From IMG/VR virus record IMGVR_UViG_3300020048_000107: a stretch of DNA of 64,000 bases, one strand, 5' to 3'. The position numbers were made by a program, and so were the translations under genes. The stretch is from an uncultured virus (IMG/VR IMGVR_UViG_3300020048_000107). Lineage: Duplodnaviria; Heunggongvirae; Uroviricota; Caudoviricetes. Position 1 is the first letter of the stretch; each line of letters starts with the position of its first letter. Below, in pieces: positions 51,815-64,000 of the stretch. Under the pieces are notes generated by a model that saw only the letters and a list, made by a program, of their open reading frames with translations, did not search any database and was not told where the DNA came from.

Positions 51815-54800
51815 ATGGCAGAAAATTGTATAGAAATAAACAATAAAAATTTACAAAGTTGGTTATTCTCCAGTTCAAGAAACCAGGATAAAGCTAATAT
51901 AGTAATTGATTATTTCAAACCAAAAGAAGGAGAAACGCCAACCCCTTTTGAGAGTTTTATATAGGCGTTGACAGAAAAGGGTACTCCAAAAAGAACAATT
52001 AACAATTATGTTCAAGGGTACGAATACTTTAAAACTATTGCTGATAAAGCTCCTGTGGAAAATACTTCACAGGAGTCAGCTAGTGATATTAGTACAGATC
52101 TAATTTTAGAAAGTAAACAAACATTTATAGATGATGTATTTACATTCGCTTCAAAACATGAAGGATTAAGTAAGTTATTTAAAGACAAAGACCACATATA
52201 TCAAAAATATAGTTGGTTTATGTCAAAGTTCTTGATATCCCACATGTTTTATAATAACACGCAGACAAAACAAATTAGTAATAGTCAAGAATTAAAAATA
52301 CATTTAGTTGGACTTATTAACTTTTATGCATCTGTTTTGGATCCAGCCAGATTCACAACTAACGATTCGTTAGGAAAAGATGATCCTCGTAAACCGTTCT
52401 TAAAAATAACTTATGATTTTACAAAGAACATTACGATTACATCTAATAAAAGCGATTGGTATTATTTAAATCATTTGTAGAATGAGACATTGAAAAATGC
52501 TAACTTCAACACATTAAAAGATTTAAAGTATGTACCAAAATCAAAAATGGATCCTAATATTAAGAAGTTGGTTGTAGCAGTATCTTATGCTAATTTTAAC
52601 ACAGTTCTACAAGAATACTTACCCGGGGTAATTACTGTCAATAGTAGTTTACCTGGTTTTGATTTTGTTAACATTAACAATGATAACTTATACGTTTTAA
52701 ACGGTAGTAGTTAGGGTAAGGGTTGGCAGACGGAAGGTAAGGTGTTTGATAGCAATTCTAATTTAGCTAAATTGTTATTAAATTCATTTGAAACTGTAAC
52801 AGCATATAAAGATAAAAATGGGAATTTTGCTTTAAACTTTGATAATAATCCCAACTTTTCTGTAGCTATATATTATTATGTTAGTTAGTTTTTATCCAAA
52901 CACATTAACAAACAAAACTATGCTAATGAATTTAATAATTTATTAACTGCATTAATGTAGTTCAATGTGCCTTATAATAACGATAGTTTATTAAGACATT
53001 TAACTAACACTAGACCAGAGACTGTAGGTAGATTCACTTATGATTATATAGATGGTAATGTAGAATTAAAGGAGATCTTTAAAGATACTACTTTATATTC
53101 TGTTGTTGCCACTTTATATTATAACATGGCTACTATAGATGGAGATCCGGTTTTGAATCAATTAAATTTCGATAAATATATATCTGAAGCAGCTTAGAAT
53201 AAAATATCATTAGCTAAAATCTATAAGAAACACGTAGACAGTAGTATGTCTAGTATTCATGATTTGATTTTTGCTACATTACAAGGTACTACCGAGAGGT
53301 TGTATCACGATTTAACTTATGATTTTGACAAAAGAATTTTCTCAAGTAAATCTTTAGCGTAGACTGTAGTAAACAAATCTATATTTGAAGTACAGAAAAT
53401 GCATAGAAATTTAATTAGTCTTAGTGATGAGAGAAGAGATTCTTTATTTCCAGAAAAAGCAGTTGTTCCTGGAGAATCTTTGAGTATACTTGTTAATGGA
53501 GCACCGGTTGAAATTACTGTTGCTAACAAACGTTGGGTTTTACCTTACGATAGTAGAGCTATAAAACAAATTTATGAAATCTTCTATCAATTAACAAATT
53601 TTGATTTAACTCAAGATTTCATGTTAAGAGAAAATCCAGCTTTCAATCTACAAAACATAGTTTCAGTCATTTATGGTATGCTTGCTATCAATGATGATCC
53701 CGATGCTAAGTAGAGATATAGAGAAGAAAATAAAGCGTTAGGTGAAGAAATTTGGAGTAAGTATAGTCCAACAAACAATGTAAATAGTATCTTATATCAA
53801 ATGGGTGCTTAGTATGGTAAGTTGACTGGAGTAATGTCCAAAATGACCATTCTTAATAAAGACGGAAAACAATTACCTACTTTTGGTATGCGTAATATAT
53901 CTAGTAGTTATGATGCTTATTTGTTAGAGGCTTAGGAACAACCATTATTAAAAGGTAATATCTTTACTAAAAATCCAAAGTTATATGTTGGTAGTTCTAT
54001 TAAAAATCAAATAGTAAAAGACGGTAATATCGTTAACGTTAGAGAATCTAATGATAAGGATGCTGCCATCTTCGATATTTATTTTGAATGGTTACAAAAA
54101 CACTTCTACAATGAAAAATTAGTTGAAGGTAACAACTCTATTGGGGATGGTACATTTAATATTCAACCACTTGTACCGGCTGATAAAGTAAATCAAAACG
54201 TAATTAAAATCAACACTGGTGTTAATATAAAATACGATTCTTTTAAAGTTGATCAATTCACCACTAATTTAACAAAAACATTATCGAGTGATCTTCTCAA
54301 TTCCTTACCTACAGATTATCGTGGCGCAACAAGCGAATTGAAAGAAGCTTAGTTCTTTTCTTTAGGTGCTCAACATAAAGCACGTAGAGATAAAATATTA
54401 ACAGCCTATAACAACATCTTATTAGCTAACAATCTACCAATGGTAGATAGTCTTAAAGAATAGTTTGAAGTTACAAAAAATATCATCACTGCTAAAGGCA
54501 CAACTTTAGAAAACGAATTGTTTGTTAACAATCCTGGTGAAAATTTAACAACAGAATTATATTTTTCTACGGTATATAATCCAGATGGCTCAAAAGGTTA
54601 TGCTCTGAACGATACATAGTTGTTCTTTTTTGATTTGTTTGATGTTGAATCTTCTGTAGCTCACGTACCTAACATGGATAAGTTTAGTAAGTATCATAAT
54701 TTGGGTGTGTTTGAGTTTTTATACAAAATGAAAAAACACAACATTGATGCTTCTAGTCCGGAAATAGGATTGTTTCCAAAATCCACTTTCAAAATAGAAA

Positions 54801-57800
54801 ACTTAAGTAAACCTACTAATCGTGTTGAATCTATATTGTAGGATTTAAATTCTATTTTAGGTAAAGACGAGGTATTTGAAAGTTTGTATGCTGAATTGAC
54901 AGAAGCTATTTAGAATGACGATGTTGATTTCTTATATAGTGATGGTTTACAACAAAGAATAAATGATGTTTTATAGAAATCAAGTAAAATCTATCAACAA
55001 TATTACTGGGAAAATTATTTGTTTGGACAAAATTATGAAATGAGTGTTAATGGTCCAATCTATTTACACCCATAGAAAGATTTACCAACGCAAAAAACTC
55101 ATTATAGTGAGATTTTATCTAGGTTAGCTGTATCACAAAAACGAAATGTTGACTACTCTGCCACCGTTATACCATACAACTATGGTTTAAATGGTCCGGC
55201 CAGGGTTAGACAAGTCTATGTCTATAAAGATCTAAAACGAAAAGTATCTAACCCAATGGGGGAAGTAGCTTCTGTAGATACTCATGACGGTGGAGAACTT
55301 ATATTAATGTTACATAGAATATTAGAGAATAATAGTATGTAGGGTTATTAGAATCCTATATTTCACAAACCAATTATACATGGTAGAATGTTGAATTAGA
55401 ATGGAGATTTTGAAGATTCTATGTTGTTTAAATACGCTTCATATTAGTTAACTAGTTAGAAATTAAGGTCTAGCAGAAAGTTACGAAATATGGTTCAATA
55501 CGCTTTGTCTGAACCACTTTAGTTTAGCGATTTAAAAGAATCTGTGTGGGATTTCACAAGAGCCTACAATGGTAAAAGTAATTCTATAGAGTACGGTAAG
55601 TATCAAATTGCTGTAAAAACAGGACTTGGAAACAGGTATAAAGTGTTGTTAAATCTTGCTAAGATAGGTGATAACGATTATTCAGCTACTTGGGAAGACC
55701 AAGATGGTAAAATAACTACCGATAACAACATAGAACTGAATTCGCTTTACGATTTATACAAATTATTAGGTGCAGAACGCACTGTAAAAATAAACAAATA
55801 GAAAGAAATAATAGAGTATAATGAGAACGCTTGGATAGCTTTATAGGATGTATGTTGTAAAGTGGGATTTGAATTAACAGAAGACGTATTAAACAGTTCG
55901 ATAGGTTTAGAATATGCAAGATTATCAGGAGTATCTTTACAGAACTTAAAGAATAATCTGAATAATAACATTAAAAATCAACAAAATATAATACAACCTT
56001 TAAAGTTTTCTTATGTAAGTCAATTTACACCAGAAACATGTATTAAATATGGTTCTGTAATAGGTAATGCTAATAATGATTTTACTGTTAAGGTTAACCC
56101 GGAAGAAGACGATTAGACCTAGACCACGAGAACATTACAAGAATGGAAAGGTTCACACAGAATAATGCGTGTTTATGACATGCTTGGTGGTGTTCAGCAA
56201 GATGCCGAACACGAAGGTGATGAATAGACGGAACCAACACAAATGATAAATGGTGCTTCCCTCGACAATCAATCACCCGAATTCCTAGACTTATATAAAC
56301 ATATAGCTAATTATGTCATTCGTAAAATGACAAAAACATATAGTGGTAATACTTAGTTTGTTTCTTCTCCAGAAAAGATGGAATCTGACGACGATTACTT
56401 TATGACTCATATGCGTCAATTAGCTTTTATTTATGATAAGTTAGAAAAGCAAATATTAAATTCGTCTTATGATAATGGAAATACTGCCGCTGTAGTTTTA
56501 GCTTCTGCTTTAAACTTTTCAAAAGATTTTATAGCTTTAGATAGAAATACCAAAGACGATGATCCAAACAAAATATTACGTGCAAGAGGATTAGCTAGTA
56601 AATTTACAGTTTCTTTAAGTCACCCATCAGTTTACAATATGGTAATCACCGCTCTCGCGGCCGCCAACACTAAATTGGGTATTAGAAGAATGGGTGCTGG
56701 TTCTGCTGCTGTTCAATAGCCTCACCAAGGACATATGTCTTTCTTATAGGTACCTTAGTTGGAATCTATAAATAACAATGTGTCTTAGGATGATGGTGAT
56801 TTTATGCCTTCGAGTTTAGGTAAGGTATTTAATTATGACAATTACACAACAATGACAGCAGATCAATTCTTTGAATATATGGGTGAACATCCAGAATATT
56901 AGGAATTGACCAGAGAATCTAATCGTTATTCTTTAGTTTGGGATATCAACACTGGTGTATCTCGTTGGAACTTAAATCTTTATAATCATTATGTTCTTAC
57001 TACTGCTGATGGTTCAATTGAAGAACTCTACGTTAAAGACATCAATGTTTTAAAATCCTTAAAACAAAGAATTTATAACGGTGAATTCACTAACATAAAA
57101 CAAGACAAACTATCAGGATTTGATTGGTCACACGATCAAGGTAGAGATTTGAAACATATTGATTTTGAAATAACTGTTAATGTTCCCGGAGAATCAGACG
57201 CAACTATCGTTTATAATATTTATGATACTATAGCCAATGAATTCTTGCTTAAATTACAAAAGTTAGATTGGGAAAATCAAGCAGAAAGAAATCAATTAAT
57301 TAAAGAATTCAATACTGTCATTAAACAGAATTCGAACGAGTTAAAAATGTTCACCCAAATCAAATCTATTTTAAATAAAAAGGAGTTTGCAAACATACTT
57401 CGTTCTTTATTAAATGTAGAATACAAACTGATGTCGGAAGGACGAAAATTAATTACCGCTGATGATGAAGCTCTTATTTAGTTTTTGGGAAATGAGATTT
57501 CTGATTTTGGTATCATTCCTGTGGTTAAAGTAAAGAGTGTTGATTCTGAATTAATTATGATGTTGCCGTTTGCCGATAAGTTTAAAATATCTAATATGAA
57601 TCACTTATCAGATATCACGGTAGACTCCATTATGAACAGATTGAACAAACAATATTATGAGGTTGAGGATTTGTTGTTAAAGGATAAGAATGGTAAAAAG
57701 TACAAAATACCTTATTTCTTTCAAGCAGATAATGGTAACATTTATTTAGCTGATGAAAATGTAGGTAGTTCTGGATTAGAAAGTGTTGATCCTTATGTTT

Positions 57801-60800
57801 ATATAGAAGATAACAAGAAATATGTAACTGTAGGCAACAAACAAATCATTGAAATTACTAGTGATTTAGAAGGTAAATTAAGGATTTAGTATACTAAAAA
57901 CAACGAACCAGTATTAGTTCTTTTAACAAGTAATTAGGAGATGAATCCTGTTAAGAGTGATAAAGAAGGAGAATTGATCGACAATTTTAAAACGAACATT
58001 AATGTTACATTTTGGAATGGGTTACAAAAAAACATCAATGAAATTAATTTGTCTGAGAGTACATTTATACAAAACAATCTTGATTCAAGTAATGGTATAT
58101 CATCTTGGTTAGACGCAGAAAATATAACAGAATTCACATCAGAGGAAAAGAAAAAGCAATTAGCTAGAGAAATATATTCTGCTTATCAGATGGTATTACG
58201 TTTTGCATCAACACGTATTCCAGGACAAAGTTATCAATCATTTGCATCTACTAGAATTAGTAATTTCTTACACGGCGAATAGAATGCTGTATACGTAAAT
58301 GACTATACTATATGGTTAACTGGTGGTGACTACGATATTGATAAATTATATAATATAGGATTCAATTTAAGTAAAGGGGGTAAATTTATAGGATGGCATA
58401 GATTTTTTAATGCTTCTTCTTATGAACACTTAAAAGAATCATTAAAATTACCGGGTTAGGACAACACAATTAAAGAGAGTACAAACGACGATGCTGTTGA
58501 CTTAAACAGTCCATAGTATGAAGAAGATGGAATAACAGATCCAGATACAGGTGATGTGTTCGTTAAAACTGTTTCTGGTAAAGATCTCATTTAGATGATC
58601 TTAACTAAAAATGGTAAAATGCACAATCAAATATCTTTAAAGAAATTTAAAGCATTTGTTAAATTATACAATTCACTTGTACAAAAAGGTTATAAAAATG
58701 CAGAATTGACAGAGTTTATTAAAGAGACTTTAAACCATAAAAACGTAACCACATTTGTTGCGGCTGATGAAGGTAAAGCTTTGCAGAATAGAATGATAAC
58801 ACAAATAAGAAGCAACTTATCTGATATTCGAAATGTAGTTCCTACCTATTCTCCAATTAGTGTTGGTGATAGATCTTCTGGTCCAAAGGGTTTAAAGATG
58901 AATTCTGAAAAGTATATTGGTTCACAATTGGGTCACCCAGACGTTCCATTAAAGAGGATAGCTGACGTAAGTAATCAATCCTCAGGAAAGAGTGTCGTAG
59001 GTATCATGGCCGCAGGGTTAAAACTCTACGCTACAATATCTTATGTTGTTGAAGATATGCTTTATAAAAACTAGAGTGTAGAAGAATTAGAATAGATGTT
59101 ATTCAGTCACACTGCAACAATCACTGAAAATGGACAAGTGGTAATTATAAACGTTAGTAATGGTTTTGCTGGTATTAATTATGAAATAAATAAAGATTTG
59201 TATGAACTTTAGTTATCTCAAAAAGGTTTAACACCAGACCAAATTAACGAATTAATTATCGATCATTACAAAAGGGATAGTGTGTAGTTGAATATTAGTT
59301 AGTTATTATCGGCCGCCACTGACAACGGAAAAGAAATGATCTTAGGTATCATCAATTCCGGGAAAGAAACTTAGGGTATATACACATATGCTTTAATGAC
59401 CGGAATGTCTCTAGAAGATGTGGGTGCTTTAATGACAAGTAGAGAAATAGATTTTATAATTAAGAATACCAAACGAAGTATTTTGTTAAACGATCCGTTT
59501 AAGACAATGATAGATGTTGGTAATTATTTTTTAAACCCAATAGACTTAGACACTTTTGTACCATTTGGTAGTAAGTAGACTATTTTAGCTTAGTTAGATT
59601 TGGAAAAGAAGGAAGAGAATTTAGGTTTAGTAAGTATAAAGGATATTGAAAAAGCCATGGAATCAAAATAGTTAATCTTGAAATAGTTGGCTATAAGTAA
59701 CTTAAGCGAAGAAGAACAAGAATACTTTGATGAAGAATGGTCATCTAATTACAGCACAATCATAAATGCTTACACTTTATTACAGAATTATATTAACGCT
59801 AGGAAAGAAGTAGAAGAATTGTTATTAGAAGAAAATAGTAAAAATAGAGTATCTTTATTTTTAACTTTTTTAAATAATGCTTAGTTGTTTGCTTCAACCA
59901 CACAAGTGTTGGGGGCCAATCAAAGAGTAAAACCAAACGATAGAGAATTAATAAAGTTCTATGTTAGTATAGAAGATAGTATTAGAAATTATTTGTTTAG
60001 AGTTGGTTAGAAAACAAAAGGTGGTACTGATACTTATATACTTAACAACAATAATGATTGGTCAGAAGGTACACTGAATCCAGAATTACAAGAATTTTTG
60101 TAGACATTTAATTTATGGAAATTTATGAATTCAACACCTGAGGAAGCACAAAAGGCAATTTAGTTGTTTGATAAAGTAAAAAGTGATCTAAATCCATTAT
60201 AGATTTTTTATCATGCTGAACACTTTAGAGAAATGATCAAAACTGTTTTAATGACGGATGCTATATTGAAAAAACAATCTCTTGTTTATAGGTCGGTTGC
60301 AAAATTTCAAGAGCAAACGTTGTTGAACCACATGAAGAAAAAAGAAAAGACAGCAGTATTATTTAAGAATTAGACTACTGTAGATGTACAAAAGAAAGTA
60401 GTTTTAGAAAGGAACCTTGGTCCAGAAGCATTCACTGTATTAAAAAACATAATGGATGATAAATTTATTGTAGAAAGTCTACACTTATTACAAGGTAGAT
60501 TAAATGCCGAAAAGAAAACAATCTACATAATGTCAGAAGAAGGAGTTCCCAAATAGGTAAACCTGTAGTTACTAAGTGAGGAAAATAATATATTAGGTAG
60601 AAAGGAATTTATTAAATTTATGGAAGAAACATTTATACCAAGATTAAAGTTGGGAAAAATAAATGATGGTCCCAAAGAAACAGTGAATCCAAACATACGT
60701 AATAATGCTTTCATCACGAGTTTACAGATTAAAGATTTTGTTGTACGTAATAAAAGGGGAGAAAGATTCTTAGCTTATGGTGTGGCAAACTTCAAATCTA

Positions 60801-61294
60801 GTGATAACTTGTAGGTTAAATTAAATCAGAACGAGCTTATGATAGCTCTGTATGATTTGGATAATCTAGATGATTCCGAATATAGACCAACACCAAATAG
60901 TAATGGTACTTCTGTTATCGATATGTTATTCTTATATAATATAATATTACATAGAGGTAAGGATGGAGAATATACATTAAGTAGTTTCTTCGATCCAACT
61001 AAATTACCAAGTTCTATAGTTAGTAAATTTTATATGTAGGAAAATTAGGTTAATAATACTATCACCGACGTTTTAAAAGTATCTGAATAGGATTTAATAG
61101 CTAATGGTTTTGATAATGAATTATTACCGAAATTAGAATTGATGTAGAGTAGTAGATTTTCACCGGATTATCGTTATATTAATATGGGAGAAACTACTAC
61201 AGAAGAACAAAAAAGAAAAAGTTTGGATCAAAAATTAAAAACATTATTTGAATCCGGATTTATGGGTCTAAATATAAAATTCGATTGTATATGA
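51815..61294 (+). CDS. Giant virion-packaged two-barrel RNA polymerase catalytic subunit (3159 aa)
   Basis: Sixteen fragments in frame. TRIPGQS and catalytic GGDYDIDK (58328-58342), plus QKRN, HDGG, GK.VVGI.A.GLK, SAATDN.KE. Confidence 0.85.
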
Positions 61295-64000
61295 TATGTA
61301 CAGCTTATATGAGTTCAAATGGGTGGGGTAATCAAATTACCCCACTTTTTCAGATTGAAGTAACAATTGATGGTGACGAGTCTTTAGTTAATGAAATTAA
61401 AGACATGTTGACATCAGATATTCCTTATACTGATTAGATGGATCAACTCGAAAAAACATTCAATCCTAATACGGATGTGAATGGAAATATCGTGTTGACT
61501 AAGGATGGCGCTACGGTGACATTAACCATCAACAAAACTAATTTGTTAGATGGATTAACTGTACAAAATCTATTAGATAAAATAAATATGCCAAATTTAA
61601 ACTTAGATAAAGACACCAATGTTGCTATCTTATTAAAAGAAGACTATCACACACTATATCCAAATTTATATAGTAATGCTGTTTATGATGCTGAAAACAA
61701 AGCTATAGTGGTTGGTGTAACAAGTATTTTTGATATAGATGCTTTAAAAAAATATATAAAAGACCCGGGTGCAAAAGGTGATGAAATGTTAGATAATTAT
61801 TTAAAAGTTATCAAACATGAATTAGCGCACCACAATATAGAGACTAAAGAAGAGTTCTAGAATTACAGAAACATTTAGGCTAATGCAGAGAATTATACAA
61901 GTCAATAGTTACATATTGCAGCATAGATTTAGAATACACCTTACGCGGACTTAAAATTACACTTACAAGGAACTACTAACTATCCAAAATTCTATACTGA
62001 ATTGTTTGCTTGGTAGGAAGCTGATAAAGATTTCAAATCTTTATTGGAAAATAACAAACATTATCAAGATGTTTTGTCCCAATTACCTGAGCAAAAAGAA
62101 ACTCCAACTCGTCCTGAAACAACTGAATTCTTTAATGAGACTGAATTGAATAAGGCTAATATGGGTGTTATCCCTGAAAAGATTGGTAATTTAGGGGTAG
62201 GTGATTTAAAAGCTTATAAAGAATATCTAGATATTGCTTATGGGGAATACATTCCTGTAGACGACAGAAGTAATAATTATACTGCACAAATTCATAGTTT
62301 TCAACCAGGAGAATTAGTTTATATACAATGGACAATTAAAGGTGATGAAAAAAGACCATCTGCAAACTTCATTAAAAAGACTGAACGTTCTGGAAATGAC
62401 ATTGTATTAACAGTTTCTGGTAGACAATATGATGCAAAATAGGTTTATGATAAAACTGGTAAAACAGACAATAGACCTTGGAAAGACAAGATAGTTATTA
62501 TAAAAGCTGATGGTACAATCGAAAGTGAAAAACTTAGAGATAAAGAATCAGATTATAAAGCTAGAATTGTAGCATTTAGAAAGTTTGCTGGTAAGCCGGT
62601 TGGATTTACCAACGATGGTATCGATAGAAACATAACTAGTAAAGAAAAAAACTTGATCAATTCCAATACAAACAATTGGTTCTTCGCTAATGAAAATGCA
62701 AAGAAGGTCGGTAAGTATATGGAAAAAGAACAAGTTACTAAAGTTAAAGCAGAAGAATAGTTGTTAGCTAAAGGAGAACTAAAGAAAATAGACGGAAAGT
62801 ATCCTAAATTCTTAAGTTCCATATTTGGTTAGAGACACGACGAAAAAGACGATATTGGTTTCTATTTTAAAATTGACGATTCCAGTAGCAAAACAGAAGT
62901 CGGAAATAATGTTATTAGTGTTGGGGATAGATTGGTTACTAAAGCTCAAAATAACGAAGCATTAAATGATGCCTCATACAACTTAATAAAGGTTGGTGAC
63001 ATTGTTACATACAAAGAGTGGTCCGACAATAAAAGTAAATTCTATGATGTAGTTGTATTAAAAACATTTAAAGAAGGTTTATTAGTACAAGACATCACTA
63101 ATGGAGAACCATCAGGAGAACCGCACACCATAAGAAGAAAAGATTTGTTTGCTGTATATAGTTTCTTCAATAAAGATTCTGATAGAGAGTCCGGTGTTGT
63201 TACTATTTTAAAAGATTTCAAAGAAATTTCGGATGAGTTATATGCTAACAGACCTACAGCAAAAGAAAGTGCTAAAAAAACAATATTCACATTAAAAGAA
63301 TTATCTGATCCAAAAATCTATAGTTATGACTCTTATAGTTTTAGAAGTTATACTAAAGATAAAGACGATCAATACGCATTAAGTAGAGAAGGTTCTTTTT
63401 TCCATCCTAGTGATGAAACTGTAACTTACATTTATGGAGATCAGAATTTTCCAAGTGAGGAATATCAAAAGTTTGAAAAAGAACTTTCTAAAGTATCTTC
63501 AAAAGTATATAGTGTTTTAAAAGAGAAAGTTAAAAACAACACAAAGGTTAATGTTTACAGTAGAGATTTAGAAGATTTAAATTCAGACGGGAGTTATAGA
63601 AAAGATAGTTTTGGTAATGAGTTAAAAATTGGTCCAATCATAGCAGATTTACTATCTGGTAGAGGTGATCTAAAAAAATTACAACATTATTTGGAAATGT
63701 AGACAGTTAAAAAACATAGACGTGATAAATTGTCTTTGTTAAAATCTGGATCTTATGTTTTATTAAATAAAAGGAAAAAAGAAAAAGGAACATTTGCTAA
63801 GCTAAAAGAAAGACAACCTGTATATGGTGTTGTTCTTGCAAGGTCTAAAGACTTCTTAACTGTTGCTATACCAAACTTACAATGGAATGAAACGTTAGAA
63901 AAATACAACGACTTCGAAGATTTCAAAATCATACAAGTTAATGTAATGGATTTTCGTGAGGATAAAGAGTATGATGTGTCTAAAGTTTTTAACAATATGA
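61291..64000 (+). CDS. Large protein with a zincin-like HExxH motif (runs past the window end)
   Basis: ATG overlaps the previous TGA; KHELAH at about 61813-61830; no in-frame TAA or TGA seen up to the window end. Confidence 0.75.

Noticed and set aside
2981..61294. Standard crAss code 15 (TAG=Gln)
   Set aside because: This was the initial expectation, but Gln conflicts with conserved positions such as TY*VWW, LQN*WNKYG, GV*GTGKT and Y*D*DGNE. It remains possible only as a minor or ancestral component.
2981..61294. TAG as Ser or pyrrolysine
   Set aside because: A few sites tolerate Ser (WIKQ*M, GHM*EI) but most recalled consensus residues are Ala. No pyl genes are present, and a bulky residue is implausible at these sites. 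Ser is not formally excluded without alignments.
6960..61294. TGA=Trp recoding
   Set aside because: TGA was seen at gene ends, often overlapping the next ATG, while Trp positions use TGG.
10111..63995. Short minus-strand and off-frame ORFs in the track (e.g. 10111, 19356, 23908, 25034, 42795, 47033, 63753)
   Set aside because: They are shadows of long recoded plus-strand genes and carry no recognisable motifs.
1..64000. Mass pseudogenisation or sequencing error as the cause of fragmented ORFs
   Set aside because: All internal stops I checked are TAG, frames never shift across them, and essential motifs are intact.
1..64000. tRNA genes, CRISPR array, diversity-generating retroelement
   Set aside because: Intergenic gaps are short; I saw no cloverleaf, spaced direct repeats or reverse transcriptase by eye. 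The Cas4-like nuclease stands alone.

Overview
This is a very AT-rich, gene-dense segment of a crAss-like (Crassvirales-type) phage, with a probable Bacteroidota host judging from repeated TTATATTTG promoter motifs. The supplied ORF track is fragmented because TAG is not a stop codon here. Read through TAG, the fragments join in frame into long genes that end only in TAA or TGA. In order: tyrosine recombinase, membrane protein, sigma70-like factor without region 4, a small minus-strand cluster (DUF2158-like, GroES-like, Cys-rich, PD-(D/E)xK nuclease), terminase large subunit, portal, a 1375-aa fibre, major capsid protein, head/tail proteins, three free-standing endonucleases, and the giant virion cargo / RNA polymerase genes (DYDID motif). 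The last gene runs off the right edge. Main finding: at conserved positions TAG aligns with ALANINE, not with the glutamine known from code-15 crAss-like phages (sigma70 'TY*VWWI', GIY-YIG 'LQN*WNKYG', Walker A 'GV*GTGKT', an ATG-TAG start). This points to an amber-to-alanine genetic code. No tRNA was seen in the window. All homology calls are from recognised motifs, not database searches.
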